Origin: Anaerolineae bacterium
GTDB lineage: Bacteria; Chloroflexota; Anaerolineae; UBA1429
Assembly: GCA_963675785.1 (NCBI GenBank)
Contig: OY776562.1
Coordinates: forward strand, 1,728,001-1,792,000
Length of the DNA: 64,000 nt
Direction: 5' to 3'
Part shown: positions 1-9,638 of the stretch, one piece after another
Numbering within the stretch: the stretch's first letter is position 1
Layout of the letters: the number at the start of each line of letters is the position of its first letter
Notes under the pieces: model-generated
What the model was told of the DNA's origin: nothing
Database searches by the model: none
What the model saw: the letters and a program-made list of their open reading frames with translations, nothing else
Program-made: the position numbers and the translations under genes

Positions 1-1
1 C

Positions 2-184
2 CTAAATGCCGCTGCCTGGCTCACCCAGGACGACGCACTGCTCTCCATCAGCCCCACCGTAGCCGAAGACCGCACGGTGACGCTGTCATCCAGCCAATCT
101 CGTATGATTATGTACAGCAACATCATCTTTGTACCGCTGATCGTCCTTTTGGCCGGGGTGTATGTGTGGTGGAGGAGGCGTTAG
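2..184 (+). CDS. 3' end of GldG-like ABC transporter auxiliary membrane protein (partial)
   Basis: Frame open from the window start: ...LNAAAWLTQDDALLSISP...IIFVPLIVLLAGVYVWWRRR*. A C-terminal TM helix ending in WWRRR, followed by a DUF4340-like gene, is typical of GldG-family proteins. Confidence 0.7.
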   Translation, partial: LNAAAWLTQDDALLSISPTVAEDRTVTLSSSQSRMIMYSNIIFVPLIVLLAGVYVWWRRR

Positions 185-185
185 C

Positions 186-797
186 ATGAACCGCAAAACA
201 ACCTATGTTTTGCTGGCAGTGCTGCTGGTGCTGGCCGCCTACATGCTGATTTTTGACCAGAACAACACTGAAGAGGAGGAGACCAGCACAACCCCTACGG
301 CTGTGCCTCTCGACCCACTGTTGACCCTGGATACCAGTACCGTGACGGCAATCGAACTCGTCCAGGTAGAAACCGGCGAAACTGTGCAAGTCACGCTTGG
401 CGACGACGGCGTCTGGATGCTGGAAGGCGATGAGGGTGGCGAGGCCGATACCGATGACATCGATACCTTAATGTACACTGTTGGCGATCTGGTGCCCGAT
501 ACCGAGATTGGCACTGGTGCTTTAGCAGCCGACTATGGCCTGGATCCGGCAACCTACACCTTGACACTGACCACACCTGATGGTGACATCGTATTGCTTG
601 TTGGTCCCGATACCATCTCGTACTCGGGCAACTATGCCATGGTTGAAGGTGAGGATCGCATCGTCATTATCTCTTCAACCGATGAGTACTATTTGACGAG
701 TTGGATATCCTCTCCGCCGCTGGCGCCAACGCCAACACCCGAACCAACGGCAACACCCGAAACAACAGACGAGCCTACAGCAACACCTGCCTCCTAA
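186..797 (+). CDS. DUF4340-like membrane-anchored protein
   Basis: ATG at 186, 1 nt after the upstream stop; N-terminal TM (TYVLLAVLLVLAAY), 'LAADYGLDP' motif, acidic domain, Pro/Thr tail. Confidence 0.65.
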   Translation: MNRKTTYVLLAVLLVLAAYMLIFDQNNTEEEETSTTPTAVPLDPLLTLDTSTVTAIELVQVETGETVQVTLGDDGVWMLEGDEGGEADTDDIDTLMYTVGDLVPDTEIGTGALAADYGLDPATYTLTLTTPDGDIVLLVGPDTISYSGNYAMVEGEDRIVIISSTDEYYLTSWISSPPLAPTPTPEPTATPETTDEPTATPAS

Positions 798-816
798 AGA
801 AGGGAGAGCAAATGAA

Positions 817-849
817 AAAAGGGGACTACCCAGAAGGTAGTCCCCTTTT
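817..849. terminator. Bidirectional intrinsic terminator
   Basis: AAAAGGGGACTACC-cagaa-GGTAGTCCCCTTTT between convergent genes. Confidence 0.85.
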
Positions 850-862
850 GTGTGCGTAACGC

Positions 863-1243
863 CTATTCGGTAGCAGCCTTATAAGCCCGCACAATAAAGG
901 GCATATAGCTCAACATGCTCTCAGCTGTATACTCGCTGCCGCGTAAATTGATGGCTCCCGCCATATAAGCAGACTCGCCATTCAGTTTTCCAGAAAGCAG
1001 TTTGTCAATGGTAGAAGCCTTGGCTACTACGCTAAAAGAGGTCTTGTCCTCAGGCTCGACCTTGCCAGTAAATACGCCCTTTTCCAAAAATACCCCGTAC
1101 CGAGCACCTATATCCGACGCTTCGAGGAGCATCGAGATCGACGCTCGCTCAATACGCTTGAGAAATTGTTCGTCACCGCTCAATTTCTCCGAAAGCGCAT
1201 CAAGCACTTTGTACATATCCTCTTTGGTTGTAAACTCGGCCAC
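863..1243 (-). CDS. SCP2 sterol/lipid-binding domain protein
   Basis: Likely GTG start at 1243 after AAGGAGG; 'KLLSGKLNGESAYMAGAINLRG' matches the SCP2 signature (GxLxxxxAxMxGxxxxxG). Confidence 0.75.
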   Translation of the reverse strand: MAEFTTKEDMYKVLDALSEKLSGDEQFLKRIERASISMLLEASDIGARYGVFLEKGVFTGKVEPEDKTSFSVVAKASTIDKLLSGKLNGESAYMAGAINLRGSEYTAESMLSYMPFIVRAYKAATE

Positions 1244-1393
1244 GCTGCATCCTCCTTGATACATACTTTTCCACATTATACAGATTGAAAGATACAACAC
1301 AAGCAAACCAGCACCACCGCAGATAATTAGAAACAAACGCAACGCGATATCTTAATTTCTGCACTAACAAGAGTGATTAGCGCACTCTCACGC

Positions 1394-1421
1394 TGGACAA
1401 GCGCAAGCCGAGCCGTACAAT
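1394..1421 (+). promoter_or_regulatory. Putative sigma70 promoter for the lyase pair
   Basis: TGGACA-16 nt-TACAAT, ending 33 nt upstream of the ATG at 1455. Confidence 0.5.
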
Positions 1422-1454
1422 GCCGTTGATGTTCTGTCAGAAGGGAGAAAATCC

Positions 1455-3335
1455 ATGTTGCAAGAACGATATCCCATCGATAGGCTGCGTTCAGTTCTCA
1501 AGCCGCGCCAGGGTTGGCACCCATTCCCTATCGCCACAAACCGCGAGTCCTGGAAGGCTTTGACCCAATATCCGCTCAATCAGGCGCGCAAGGCCCGTTT
1601 CATCGGCCAGGCAGAGCTCTACCTGGGGCAGCCCTGGTCGCCCCTTTCGGCCGTGCGCTATATGGACTATGGACGTAACGGCAACCGTACCCGCTATCAG
1701 GAATTCTACTTTGAGCGACGCGACCGTCTATCCATACTAGTTCTGGCAGAGTGTTTTGAACACAAAGGCCGCTTTATTGATGAGATCATCAACGGCCTGT
1801 GGCTCATCTGTGAAGAGACCACCTGGGTCATCCCCGCCCACTCTATCAAAGCATCCTGCGAGGTGCTGCCTATCCTAGATGGCCAAACCGTCGATCTCTT
1901 TGCCAGCCAAACGGCGCTGGTGCTTGCCCTGGTCTATGACTTGCTACAGGACGAGCTCGACGCCGTATCGCCCGTGGTGGGTCAGCGCATCCGTCAACAA
2001 ATCGATACCCAGGTGCTGGAACCCGTCGAAGAACGTATTGTTGCCAAATGGTGGGATGGCCATAACAACTGGACGCCATGGATCTGCTCCAATTGCCTGG
2101 GTGCCGCCATGCTCACCTGGGACGACCCTGACCGCGTGGCCCGCTACGTGCACCGTCTCATGGAGCCGGTGGACAATTTCCTTAATGATTATGCGGATGA
2201 AGGCGGCTGCGACGAGGGGCCCAGCTATTGGAGTCGCGCCGCTGGCACGCTGCTGATCTTTTTAGATCTGCTCTACGACCGCAGCGACGGCCAAATCGAC
2301 GTCTATGATGAGCAAAAAATAAAGGCCATGGGCGAATACTTTGCCTATGCTCACCTGGATGGCCCCTGGTTCACCAACTATGCCGATGCCCCAGCCAACT
2401 GCCGGGTTCAGCGTGGCGTCACCTATCGCTACGGCGAGCGTGTTGGCAGCGATATGATGCGCGATACCGTGCTGATGCAAATGCACAACTGGCAGGCCGA
2501 TGGCGAAATCGAAGAACTGCACGGAGAGTTACGCGGCGATGGCATACTGCAGATGCTGGCCGAGATGTTTTGGATTCCTGGCGACGCCAAGCCCTTCAAC
2601 CTACCGCGCCCGCTCGAGGCCTGGTATCCCGATATCCAGATGGCGGTGGTACGTAGCTCGGATGTTGCTGATAACGGCCTGGTAATGGCGATCAAGGGAA
2701 ACCACAACGGAGAAAGCCACAACCACAACGATGTGGGCCATTTTGTGGTGATGCTGAACGGTGAACCGGGCATCATCGACCTGGGTACCGAGGATTACAC
2801 CGCTCAGACCTTTGGCCCGCGCCGCTATGAGCTGTGGTGCACCCGTGCCAACGGCCACAACATGCCTGTGTTTGACGGCATCGAACAGACAGCAGGCGAA
2901 AAATACGCCGCAAAGAACGTTTCTTTCATGGATGACGGCGCTCTGGCTACATTCCGGGCCGATATCGCTGGCGCTTATCCCGCCGAAACCGGCCTGACCA
3001 GTCTGGTACGTACGGCCACCTTTGACCGCAATGCCGTTTCTGCCGTCATCGAGGATGTCATCGTGCGCGGTAAACCTACCAAAGTTCTGGAACTCTATCT
3101 TTATAGCTGGAAGGAGCCACGTCAGATCGGCCCGGGCTGTATCAGCATCGCTACAGCGCCGCAAGAGCTGGGACTGGGTTTTGACAGCAGCCTTTTCACC
3201 GCCGAGATCAAGGAAATGCCCGTTACTGACCACAAGCTGGGTCTAGCCTGGGGAGATCGTGTCTACCGCATCAAGTTGACCGCCTCCTTGCCAGCCTGCG
3301 AGACCGCTTACAATCTCACCTTTACCCCGCGATAG
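1455..3335 (+). CDS. Heparinase II/III-domain polysaccharide lyase (PL33-like), paralog 1
   Basis: Motifs NGNR..Y, ICEE..W..PAH, NNWTPW, GGCDEGPSYW, ESHNHNDVGHF; no signal peptide. Confidence 0.8.
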   Translation: MLQERYPIDRLRSVLKPRQGWHPFPIATNRESWKALTQYPLNQARKARFIGQAELYLGQPWSPLSAVRYMDYGRNGNRTRYQEFYFERRDRLSILVLAECFEHKGRFIDEIINGLWLICEETTWVIPAHSIKASCEVLPILDGQTVDLFASQTALVLALVYDLLQDELDAVSPVVGQRIRQQIDTQVLEPVEERIVAKWWDGHNNWTPWICSNCLGAAMLTWDDPDRVARYVHRLMEPVDNFLNDYADEGGCDEGPSYWSRAAGTLLIFLDLLYDRSDGQIDVYDEQKIKAMGEYFAYAHLDGPWFTNYADAPANCRVQRGVTYRYGERVGSDMMRDTVLMQMHNWQADGEIEELHGELRGDGILQMLAEMFWIPGDAKPFNLPRPLEAWYPDIQMAVVRSSDVADNGLVMAIKGNHNGESHNHNDVGHFVVMLNGEPGIIDLGTEDYTAQTFGPRRYELWCTRANGHNMPVFDGIEQTAGEKYAAKNVSFMDDGALATFRADIAGAYPAETGLTSLVRTATFDRNAVSAVIEDVIVRGKPTKVLELYLYSWKEPRQIGPGCISIATAPQELGLGFDSSLFTAEIKEMPVTDHKLGLAWGDRVYRIKLTASLPACETAYNLTFTPR

Positions 3336-3350
3336 CTAGAGGAGTGCGTC

Positions 3351-5303
3351 ATGCTGCAAGAAAAATACACCGTACAGGATCTGCGCAAGGTTTTTGTGCC
3401 GCGTGAAACGTGGGACTATGTGCCCACAGCCGCTGCTCGCGAAGCCTGGGCCGAACTGAGCAGGTCTACGCTCAATCAATGCCGTAAGGCCTATTTAGTT
3501 GCTCGCGCCGAAGCTCTGGTAGGCCAGCCTTGGCCCTTTTTGCCGGCCACAGCCTATATGGATTTTGGGCGTAACGGCAACCGTACCCGCTACGAAAACC
3601 CCTACCACGAGCGCCGAGAGCGGCTCTCCATCCTGGCCTTGGCCGAATGCTGGGAACACAAGGGACGATTTATTGACGAGATCGTCAACGGCATCTGGAC
3701 CATCTGCGAGGAAACCACCTGGGTGGTGCCGGCGCATTCGGCCAAGGGGCCCAAGGGCGTCTTAGCCCGGCTTGAAATGCCCCTTGTCGATCTCTTTTCC
3801 ACGCAAACGGCGCTGGTGTTGGGGCATGTAGATTACCTGTTAGGGCCCGAGTTGGATGCTGTATCGCCCATTGTGCGCCAGCGACTGCGTCAGCAGGTCG
3901 AAGAACAGGTATTGACTGAAATCGAAACGCGCAACGATTTTTGGTGGTGGGATGGCCACAACAACTGGACGCCATGGTGCAGCGGCAACTGTCTGGGCGC
4001 AGCCATGTGTCTGTGGGATGATCCCGACAGGCTGGCTGCTCTGACCCATCGCCTTATGGAGCCAGTAGATCGTTTTCTGGCCCAATACGGCGTCGATGGC
4101 GGGTGTGATGAGGGCCCCAACTATTGGGGACGTGCTGGCGGTGCCCTTCTCGATTTTCTCGAACTACTCTACACCCGCTCCAACGGCGCCGTTAGCGTTT
4201 ACGATGAGCCCAAGATTGCTAACATGGGCATCTATCTGGCGCGGGCACACATGGACGGCCCCTGGTTCACCAACTTTGCCGATGCGCCAGCCAAATCCCA
4301 TGTGCGACTGGCCCAGGTCTACCGCTATGGCGAGCGGGTTGGCAGCGAGGAGTTGAGCAACCTGGCACTGCTGGCCATGCGCAGTTGGTATCCCGATGGA
4401 GAGATCGACCATCCGCTGCCCGACCTGGGCGGCGACAGCATCGTGGATGTGATGCGCCTGCTCTGCTGGGTGCCCGCCGATGCCAGAGCCCGCGCTCTGC
4501 CCCGCCCCACCAGCAGTTGGTTCGAAAGCATTCAGGTGGCTATCCTGCGCCAAAGCGAGCGTAACAGCGAGGGTCTGGTTCTAGCGGCCAAAGGTGGCAA
4601 CAACGGCGAAAGCCACAACCATAACGATATCGGCCACTTTATGCTCATGTGCGACGGAGAGCCGGCCATCATCGATGTGGGTGTAGAAACCTATACAGCG
4701 CAAACCTTTAGTCCCCGGCGTTACGAACTGTGGTGCATTCGCTCATCGGGGCATAACGTCCCCTTGATCGACGGTATCGAACAGGGGCTGAATGCCGAAC
4801 AGCTTCGTGATCCTGCACGATTAGGCACAGGCATGCACTTTGACGACATTGTGCTAGCGCCAGCCAGCAGCTACTGCGCTACGGACTATAGCTTTGAGGA
4901 TAACGGCACCACGGCCATCTTCACCGAGAACATTGCCACAGCCTATCCGGCAGAAATAGAACTGGAGAGCCTCATCCGCACCTTCCGATTTGATCGCGCC
5001 AAGGGCCAGGTCACTGTTACCGATGCTTTGAATCGCAAGGTGCCCACCGCCAGTTACATCCTGCCATTCTACACGCTGTATCACGTCAACCGTCCTGCTC
5101 CGGGCAGGCTGGTTATCGAATTACCCGACCGTAAGCTGGCCTGGGATTACGACCCCGCACTGTTTATCACCGAAACGGTGTCAGTAGACATCGAGGATCC
5201 CAACCTGCAGCGCTCCTGGGGATCGCGTATTTTCAAAACCACCTTCAAGGCCGTGCTGCCCGCAGGCCATATCGAGTACACACTTTCGTTTAGCAGGATC
5301 TAG
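3351..5303 (+). CDS. Heparinase II/III-domain polysaccharide lyase (PL33-like), paralog 2
   Basis: Same motifs (NNWTPW, GGCDEGPNYW, KGGNNGESHNHNDIGHF); colinear with paralog 1; RBS GAGGAG. Confidence 0.8.
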   Translation: MLQEKYTVQDLRKVFVPRETWDYVPTAAAREAWAELSRSTLNQCRKAYLVARAEALVGQPWPFLPATAYMDFGRNGNRTRYENPYHERRERLSILALAECWEHKGRFIDEIVNGIWTICEETTWVVPAHSAKGPKGVLARLEMPLVDLFSTQTALVLGHVDYLLGPELDAVSPIVRQRLRQQVEEQVLTEIETRNDFWWWDGHNNWTPWCSGNCLGAAMCLWDDPDRLAALTHRLMEPVDRFLAQYGVDGGCDEGPNYWGRAGGALLDFLELLYTRSNGAVSVYDEPKIANMGIYLARAHMDGPWFTNFADAPAKSHVRLAQVYRYGERVGSEELSNLALLAMRSWYPDGEIDHPLPDLGGDSIVDVMRLLCWVPADARARALPRPTSSWFESIQVAILRQSERNSEGLVLAAKGGNNGESHNHNDIGHFMLMCDGEPAIIDVGVETYTAQTFSPRRYELWCIRSSGHNVPLIDGIEQGLNAEQLRDPARLGTGMHFDDIVLAPASSYCATDYSFEDNGTTAIFTENIATAYPAEIELESLIRTFRFDRAKGQVTVTDALNRKVPTASYILPFYTLYHVNRPAPGRLVIELPDRKLAWDYDPALFITETVSVDIEDPNLQRSWGSRIFKTTFKAVLPAGHIEYTLSFSRI

Positions 5304-5308
5304 TATCT

Positions 5309-5342
5309 AGTGGCCGCCATCTTACGATGGCGGCCACTTTTC
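5309..5342 (+). terminator. Intrinsic terminator after the lyase pair
   Basis: AGTGGCCGCCATC-ttac-GATGGCGGCCACT followed by TTT. Confidence 0.8.
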
Positions 5343-5467
5343 ACAAGGATACGAGAGAACAGATGCCGTGTTCTCATATCAACAAATGCATCCGATTTTG
5401 CCATCCTCAGCCAAGCTCTAATCATCTGCAACGCAGTCGCCAAACAGAATCGAGTGAAAGGGTACCC

Positions 5468-7228
5468 ATGACGCAATACCTGGATTACAACGCTCGTATG
5501 GCCATCCCCGACAAGCTTTTCACACCCCTGCACGGTGTGCACCTCACAGGCGGTCTGCTGCGGCAAGTCTTTGATGATAACATCGCCTTTATCCAGCGAT
5601 TGGATATGGACCGCATGCGCTACTGGTTCGACATCAAGCAGGGCCGAGAGCCTCAAGCCGAACGTTATCCCGGCCACTTTGAGGATAATCTCAAGGGACA
5701 GACTGCCTCCCAATACCTTATGGGTGCTGGCAATGTGTTACGTTGGGAAGAACATCAAACCTTGCGAGATGGCGTAACCCAGGTCATCGATTTTATCACC
5801 GAGGCAGCCGAGAACGACGGCTTTCTCATGCCGGTGGACAAATTCCACTTTGCCTATCGCGAATACCCCCATTATGTGCGCATCTGGCTCACTTACGGCC
5901 TCATCGCGGCAGCTCGCGGCGGTGACAAACGTGCTTTTCCACTGCTGCGCCGCTGGCAGGATTGGTTCAATCGTTGCCCCGATCTGCCGGTCATCAAATA
6001 CCTGGAGTTGGCCTTTCAGGGCGTGGTTGCATCTACCAGTGTGTTTGCCACCGAGATCGGCTGCAATCAGGATATGGATATCTGCCGCCAGTATTACGAA
6101 GAAACCTGGCGCCTGGCCCAATTCATCGCCCACGAGAGGGACGCTGTGCATATCCGCCATCAACACGGCAAAGAACCCCATTCCCACGGCAGCGAGCTAG
6201 AAGCCTTTGAAGGCTATCTCGATTTGTATCGCTACAGCGGCGCGCCTTATATCCTCAACGCGGTGATGGGCTGCTGGGATCTGTACAAGCAAGACTGGCA
6301 GCACCCTGGTGGCGGTATTGTCATGTGCGAGGCTTCACCCGAGGCCTATCCGGGCTGCAACCTATTCTACACGAGCCATCACTATAATGAGCTGTGCTGT
6401 TCATCCTTTTGGCTGCATATGAACCAACGGCTGCATCGGCTCTTCCCCGATGAGGAAAAGTACGTCTTTGAGGTGGAACAATCGCTCTATAACGTCGCCA
6501 TTGCCAACCAGAACGGCGGCAAGGATATTCGCTACTTTGCCTACCTGGACGATCATAAAATGACGCCGGAACGTCTTAACCATTGTTGCTCTGGCGTGGG
6601 CACGCGCATCTTTGGTTCGTTACCCGAATATCTGTTCACGTTGAACGGAGATACACTCTCTTGCGATTTGTACGGGCAGGCCGAACTGGATTGGGAGAGC
6701 ACGCATCAGCTCATCCACGTGACCGAAACCAGCGATTATCCCTATGATGGTCGTGTATCCGTTGCTTTCACCATGGCCAGTCCACAAGAGTTCACGTTAC
6801 GTATTCGCATTCCCCAATACGCCACCACAAAAGTACAGATCCTGCTGAACGGGCAATCTTTGGCTGAAGGTGACCCAGGGAGCTATGTGGCCCTCTATCG
6901 GCAATGGCAGCCCGGCGATATCATCACTCTTGATATTCCCATGCAGTTCGCGGCTCACCCTTACAATGGCGCCTGCGAGGTTGAAGGATTTGAACGTTGT
7001 GCCTATACCTATGGGCCGCTGCTGATGGCTATAGTAGGCGAGCGCAATCACGAGTTGGGCATTATTGTGGAGGGCAACGCGGAAGAATTCATCAGCAAGC
7101 TGCGCCCCACCAATCAGCCCCTGCATTACAGTGTAGAGGGCCAGCCCGACCTGGCTGTCGTCCCTTATTTAGAAATCCAAGAAGAGGGCTTTAGCTGCTT
7201 TCCCATGTTCTCAAACAAACAGGGATAA
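5468..7228 (+). CDS. Glycoside hydrolase family 127/146 (beta-L-arabinofuranosidase-like, DUF1680)
   Basis: Likely ATG at 5468 (MTQYLDY); Zn/Cys motifs 'YNELCC' and 'LNHCCSG', 'E..LYN', 'TSDYPYDG', 'LRIRIP', 'YGPLLMA'. Confidence 0.8.
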   Translation: MTQYLDYNARMAIPDKLFTPLHGVHLTGGLLRQVFDDNIAFIQRLDMDRMRYWFDIKQGREPQAERYPGHFEDNLKGQTASQYLMGAGNVLRWEEHQTLRDGVTQVIDFITEAAENDGFLMPVDKFHFAYREYPHYVRIWLTYGLIAAARGGDKRAFPLLRRWQDWFNRCPDLPVIKYLELAFQGVVASTSVFATEIGCNQDMDICRQYYEETWRLAQFIAHERDAVHIRHQHGKEPHSHGSELEAFEGYLDLYRYSGAPYILNAVMGCWDLYKQDWQHPGGGIVMCEASPEAYPGCNLFYTSHHYNELCCSSFWLHMNQRLHRLFPDEEKYVFEVEQSLYNVAIANQNGGKDIRYFAYLDDHKMTPERLNHCCSGVGTRIFGSLPEYLFTLNGDTLSCDLYGQAELDWESTHQLIHVTETSDYPYDGRVSVAFTMASPQEFTLRIRIPQYATTKVQILLNGQSLAEGDPGSYVALYRQWQPGDIITLDIPMQFAAHPYNGACEVEGFERCAYTYGPLLMAIVGERNHELGIIVEGNAEEFISKLRPTNQPLHYSVEGQPDLAVVPYLEIQEEGFSCFPMFSNKQG

Positions 7229-7287
7229 TCCCTGCACAACGAACGCGCTTTTGTACTGATAGAATCAGTCGAACACGGCGAAAACCC

Positions 7288-7327
7288 AAAAGAGAACATC
7301 CCCGGCCTGCACAGGCCGGGGATGTTC
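7288..7327 (-). terminator. Intrinsic terminator of SBP copy A (duplicated at 9578-9617)
   Basis: GAACATCCCCGGCCTG-ca-CAGGCCGGGGATGTTC perfect inverted repeat; U-rich tail on the minus strand. Confidence 0.85.
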
Positions 7328-7348
7328 CGTCTCAGGAAGCGAATATGC

Positions 7349-9355
7349 TTAGGAATGATCCGCGGGGACGTCCCAGAAGTAGGTCTGGGGGTTGTGTAGA
7401 TCCTCGTCCTCAGTCGTGTCGTCCACTGGCTGGCCATCGAAAGCCAAGTTCTTCATGCCGTTCTTGACGATGCACAGCGCGGGCTTTTCACCTAGTATGC
7501 CAATCATCGGCACCTGCTCGACCCAGATGTCCAAGATGTTCCTGAAATACTGGTTGCGCGCCTCTTCATCAGGTTCAACCACCATCGCCGCATGGTTGTC
7601 CCAGATGTCCCAGATCCAGTGGCCCTCGGGCGGCTCTTCAGCATTAGGATACGTGGCATCCCTGTTGTTGTTCCAGTAAATAGCCCAGGCAGCACACCAG
7701 GGGCGGTCGTTCATGGAACCAATAAAGATCCACGGCGCCACGATCGGCAGTACTGAGCGGTCACCACCCCAGTTCGCCGCTTCGATCTCGTTGGCCTCAT
7801 AGTGCTCTGTATACAGCGAACGCTCGTTGTACTTGTAAGCACAGTTGATGCCTATATCGTTCCAGTACCCAATGGTCAAAAGAGCAACATCCTCACCCAC
7901 TGAGCCGCTCGAGTCAGTGCCTTCGATGGTGAAGGACAACGTGCTGCCATCCGGATACTCGCGGAGGCCATCTCCGTTGGTGTCCACATAACCTGCGCCA
8001 TCCAGCAAGCTCTTGGCCGTCTCTGGATCGTACTCGATGTAACTGTTGCTCAACGCCTCATAGTATTGCGGCGAGACGCTGAGGGGGCTGTACTGACGCG
8101 GTGTGCACTGCCCGTCATACACCAGCTCGTTGATCTCTTCGCGGTTGATAGCCAGCATAAAGGCCTTGCGCACATCCAGGATATTAAAGAACTCGCGCAG
8201 CGGCTCGTTCTTCGTTGTCAGGTTCAGCTGAATGCCATCGTGGCTGGCATTAATACCCACAGCGACTTTGTAATCGCCGCTTGCCTCGCTCTCCTTGAAG
8301 AGGGTATAGTTGCCAACGTCCACGTGACGGTACTGCATGTCGATCTCGCCGTTCACAGCCCACATGTTGAACACGTCAATGGTCTCGAACAAGCGGTGCT
8401 GAACCTTGTCGATGTAGGGCAGCTGCTGTCCGGACTCGTCTACCTGCCAGAAATAGGGGTTGCGGTTCATGATGTGCAGCTCGACAGACAGGTCCGTCTC
8501 TGGCGTCCAGGGGAAGAGTAGCGGCACTTCAGGATTGGTGCGCCAGCTCTCCTGGTTGGTCCAATAGTCAATGGGCGTGCTCAAACCAAGCGCCTCTGCC
8601 GCAGCCTGCAATGTGGCTGCATCGTTAAAGGCGGGGTGGAACTGCTCCAGATAGAAACCGGGATCCTGCGGAAGGTTGCGGGCCAACTCGTAAGCCAACA
8701 ACGGCTTGGGCTCACCATAGGTCAGTGTGAAGGTAAAGTCATCCACAATGCCTAGATCCGCTGCTACTCGTGGAGTGCCCCATCCCCAACGCTCGGATGG
8801 CGTTGAAGTAATGTCCGTATAAGTCTGCACATTGTCCCAATACCACTTGACCCACTCGGTGGTAAACGGTGTGCCGTCACTGTACTTGGTGCCGGCGCGC
8901 AACGTTACTGTCCACACCGTCGCATCATCGTTCAATTCCCAGCTCTCGCACAGGTTGGCACGCAGAGCGAGATCGGGAGTGTACCAAGTCAGCCCTTCGT
9001 TGATAAACTTGGAGGGGCCGTTGCCATCCGATGTACCTTTGAAACCACGGCGCAGCGTGCCGCCATAGTTGCCCACCGATTCCATCACCGGGCATACACA
9101 GGGATTCTCTGGCAAACGATCTTCCACCGCCGGAAGCGTACCCGCCTCAACCATTTCGGCCAGCATTGGGGCTTCTGAGTAGGAGCTCACTACGGGCGCA
9201 GTAGTCGCTGCTGCGGCAGTTGTGGGTGCAGTAGTCGCTGCTGCGGCAGTTGTGGGCTCGGGCTCCTCAGTCGGCTGGGCACAGGCAACCGCTACCGTCG
9301 CAGCAGCTGTTAGTGCCGATACTCGCAAAAACTCTCGACGTGTAATTTCTGACAC
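7349..9355 (-). CDS. ABC transporter solute-binding lipoprotein, family 5 (oligosaccharide-type), copy A
   Basis: Tat leader TRREFLR, lipobox VAC, 'EAPML..V..G.LP.VE.RLP.NP', 'RNPYFWQVD..GQQLPYID'. Confidence 0.9.
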   Translation of the reverse strand: MSEITRREFLRVSALTAAATVAVACAQPTEEPEPTTAAAATTAPTTAAAATTAPVVSSYSEAPMLAEMVEAGTLPAVEDRLPENPCVCPVMESVGNYGGTLRRGFKGTSDGNGPSKFINEGLTWYTPDLALRANLCESWELNDDATVWTVTLRAGTKYSDGTPFTTEWVKWYWDNVQTYTDITSTPSERWGWGTPRVAADLGIVDDFTFTLTYGEPKPLLAYELARNLPQDPGFYLEQFHPAFNDAATLQAAAEALGLSTPIDYWTNQESWRTNPEVPLLFPWTPETDLSVELHIMNRNPYFWQVDESGQQLPYIDKVQHRLFETIDVFNMWAVNGEIDMQYRHVDVGNYTLFKESEASGDYKVAVGINASHDGIQLNLTTKNEPLREFFNILDVRKAFMLAINREEINELVYDGQCTPRQYSPLSVSPQYYEALSNSYIEYDPETAKSLLDGAGYVDTNGDGLREYPDGSTLSFTIEGTDSSGSVGEDVALLTIGYWNDIGINCAYKYNERSLYTEHYEANEIEAANWGGDRSVLPIVAPWIFIGSMNDRPWCAAWAIYWNNNRDATYPNAEEPPEGHWIWDIWDNHAAMVVEPDEEARNQYFRNILDIWVEQVPMIGILGEKPALCIVKNGMKNLAFDGQPVDDTTEDEDLHNPQTYFWDVPADHS
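9198..9256. repeat. 30-bp-period intragenic tandem repeat (PTTAAAATTA x2 linker); also at 11488-11546
   Basis: GCAGTAGTCGCTGCTGCGGCAGTTGTGGG occurs twice in tandem in each SBP copy. Confidence 0.85.
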
Positions 9356-9418
9356 CTTTTTCCTCCTCGTCGGGCAGAAAGCGCCGAGTCATCTCTATTT
9401 TCCTCCGCCGCCCCGCCC

Positions 9419-9490
9419 ATGCCTAAGCAATTTAGGCATTTAGAACAACAATATGGCGAGTGTTATAGCCTATGTTATAGGCATGTCAAG
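9419..9490 (-). promoter_or_regulatory. sigma70 promoter and candidate operator of SBP copy A
   Basis: Minus strand TTGACA-16 nt-TATAAC; palindrome ATGCCTA-N7-TAGGCAT at 9419-9439; further TGCCTA/TAGGC half-sites in the spacer. Confidence 0.65.
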
Positions 9491-9577
9491 CAAAAAAAGG
9501 GACGAATTTTATGATTTTCTGAAATTGCTCGTACTTGCCTTGCAACTAATGGTGACAGGAGTGACAACTCTCCCACA

Positions 9578-9617
9578 AAAAGAGAACATCCCCGGCCTGC
9601 ACAGGCCGGGGATGTTC
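9578..9617 (-). terminator. Intrinsic terminator of SBP copy B
   Basis: Identical to the hairpin at 7294-7327. Confidence 0.85.
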
Positions 9618-9638
9618 CGTCTCAGGAAGCGAATATGC

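Noticed and set aside
9198-9256. CRISPR-like 29-30-bp direct repeats
   Set aside because: Only two adjacent units with no spacer, in frame within a Pro/Thr/Ala linker; no cas genes.
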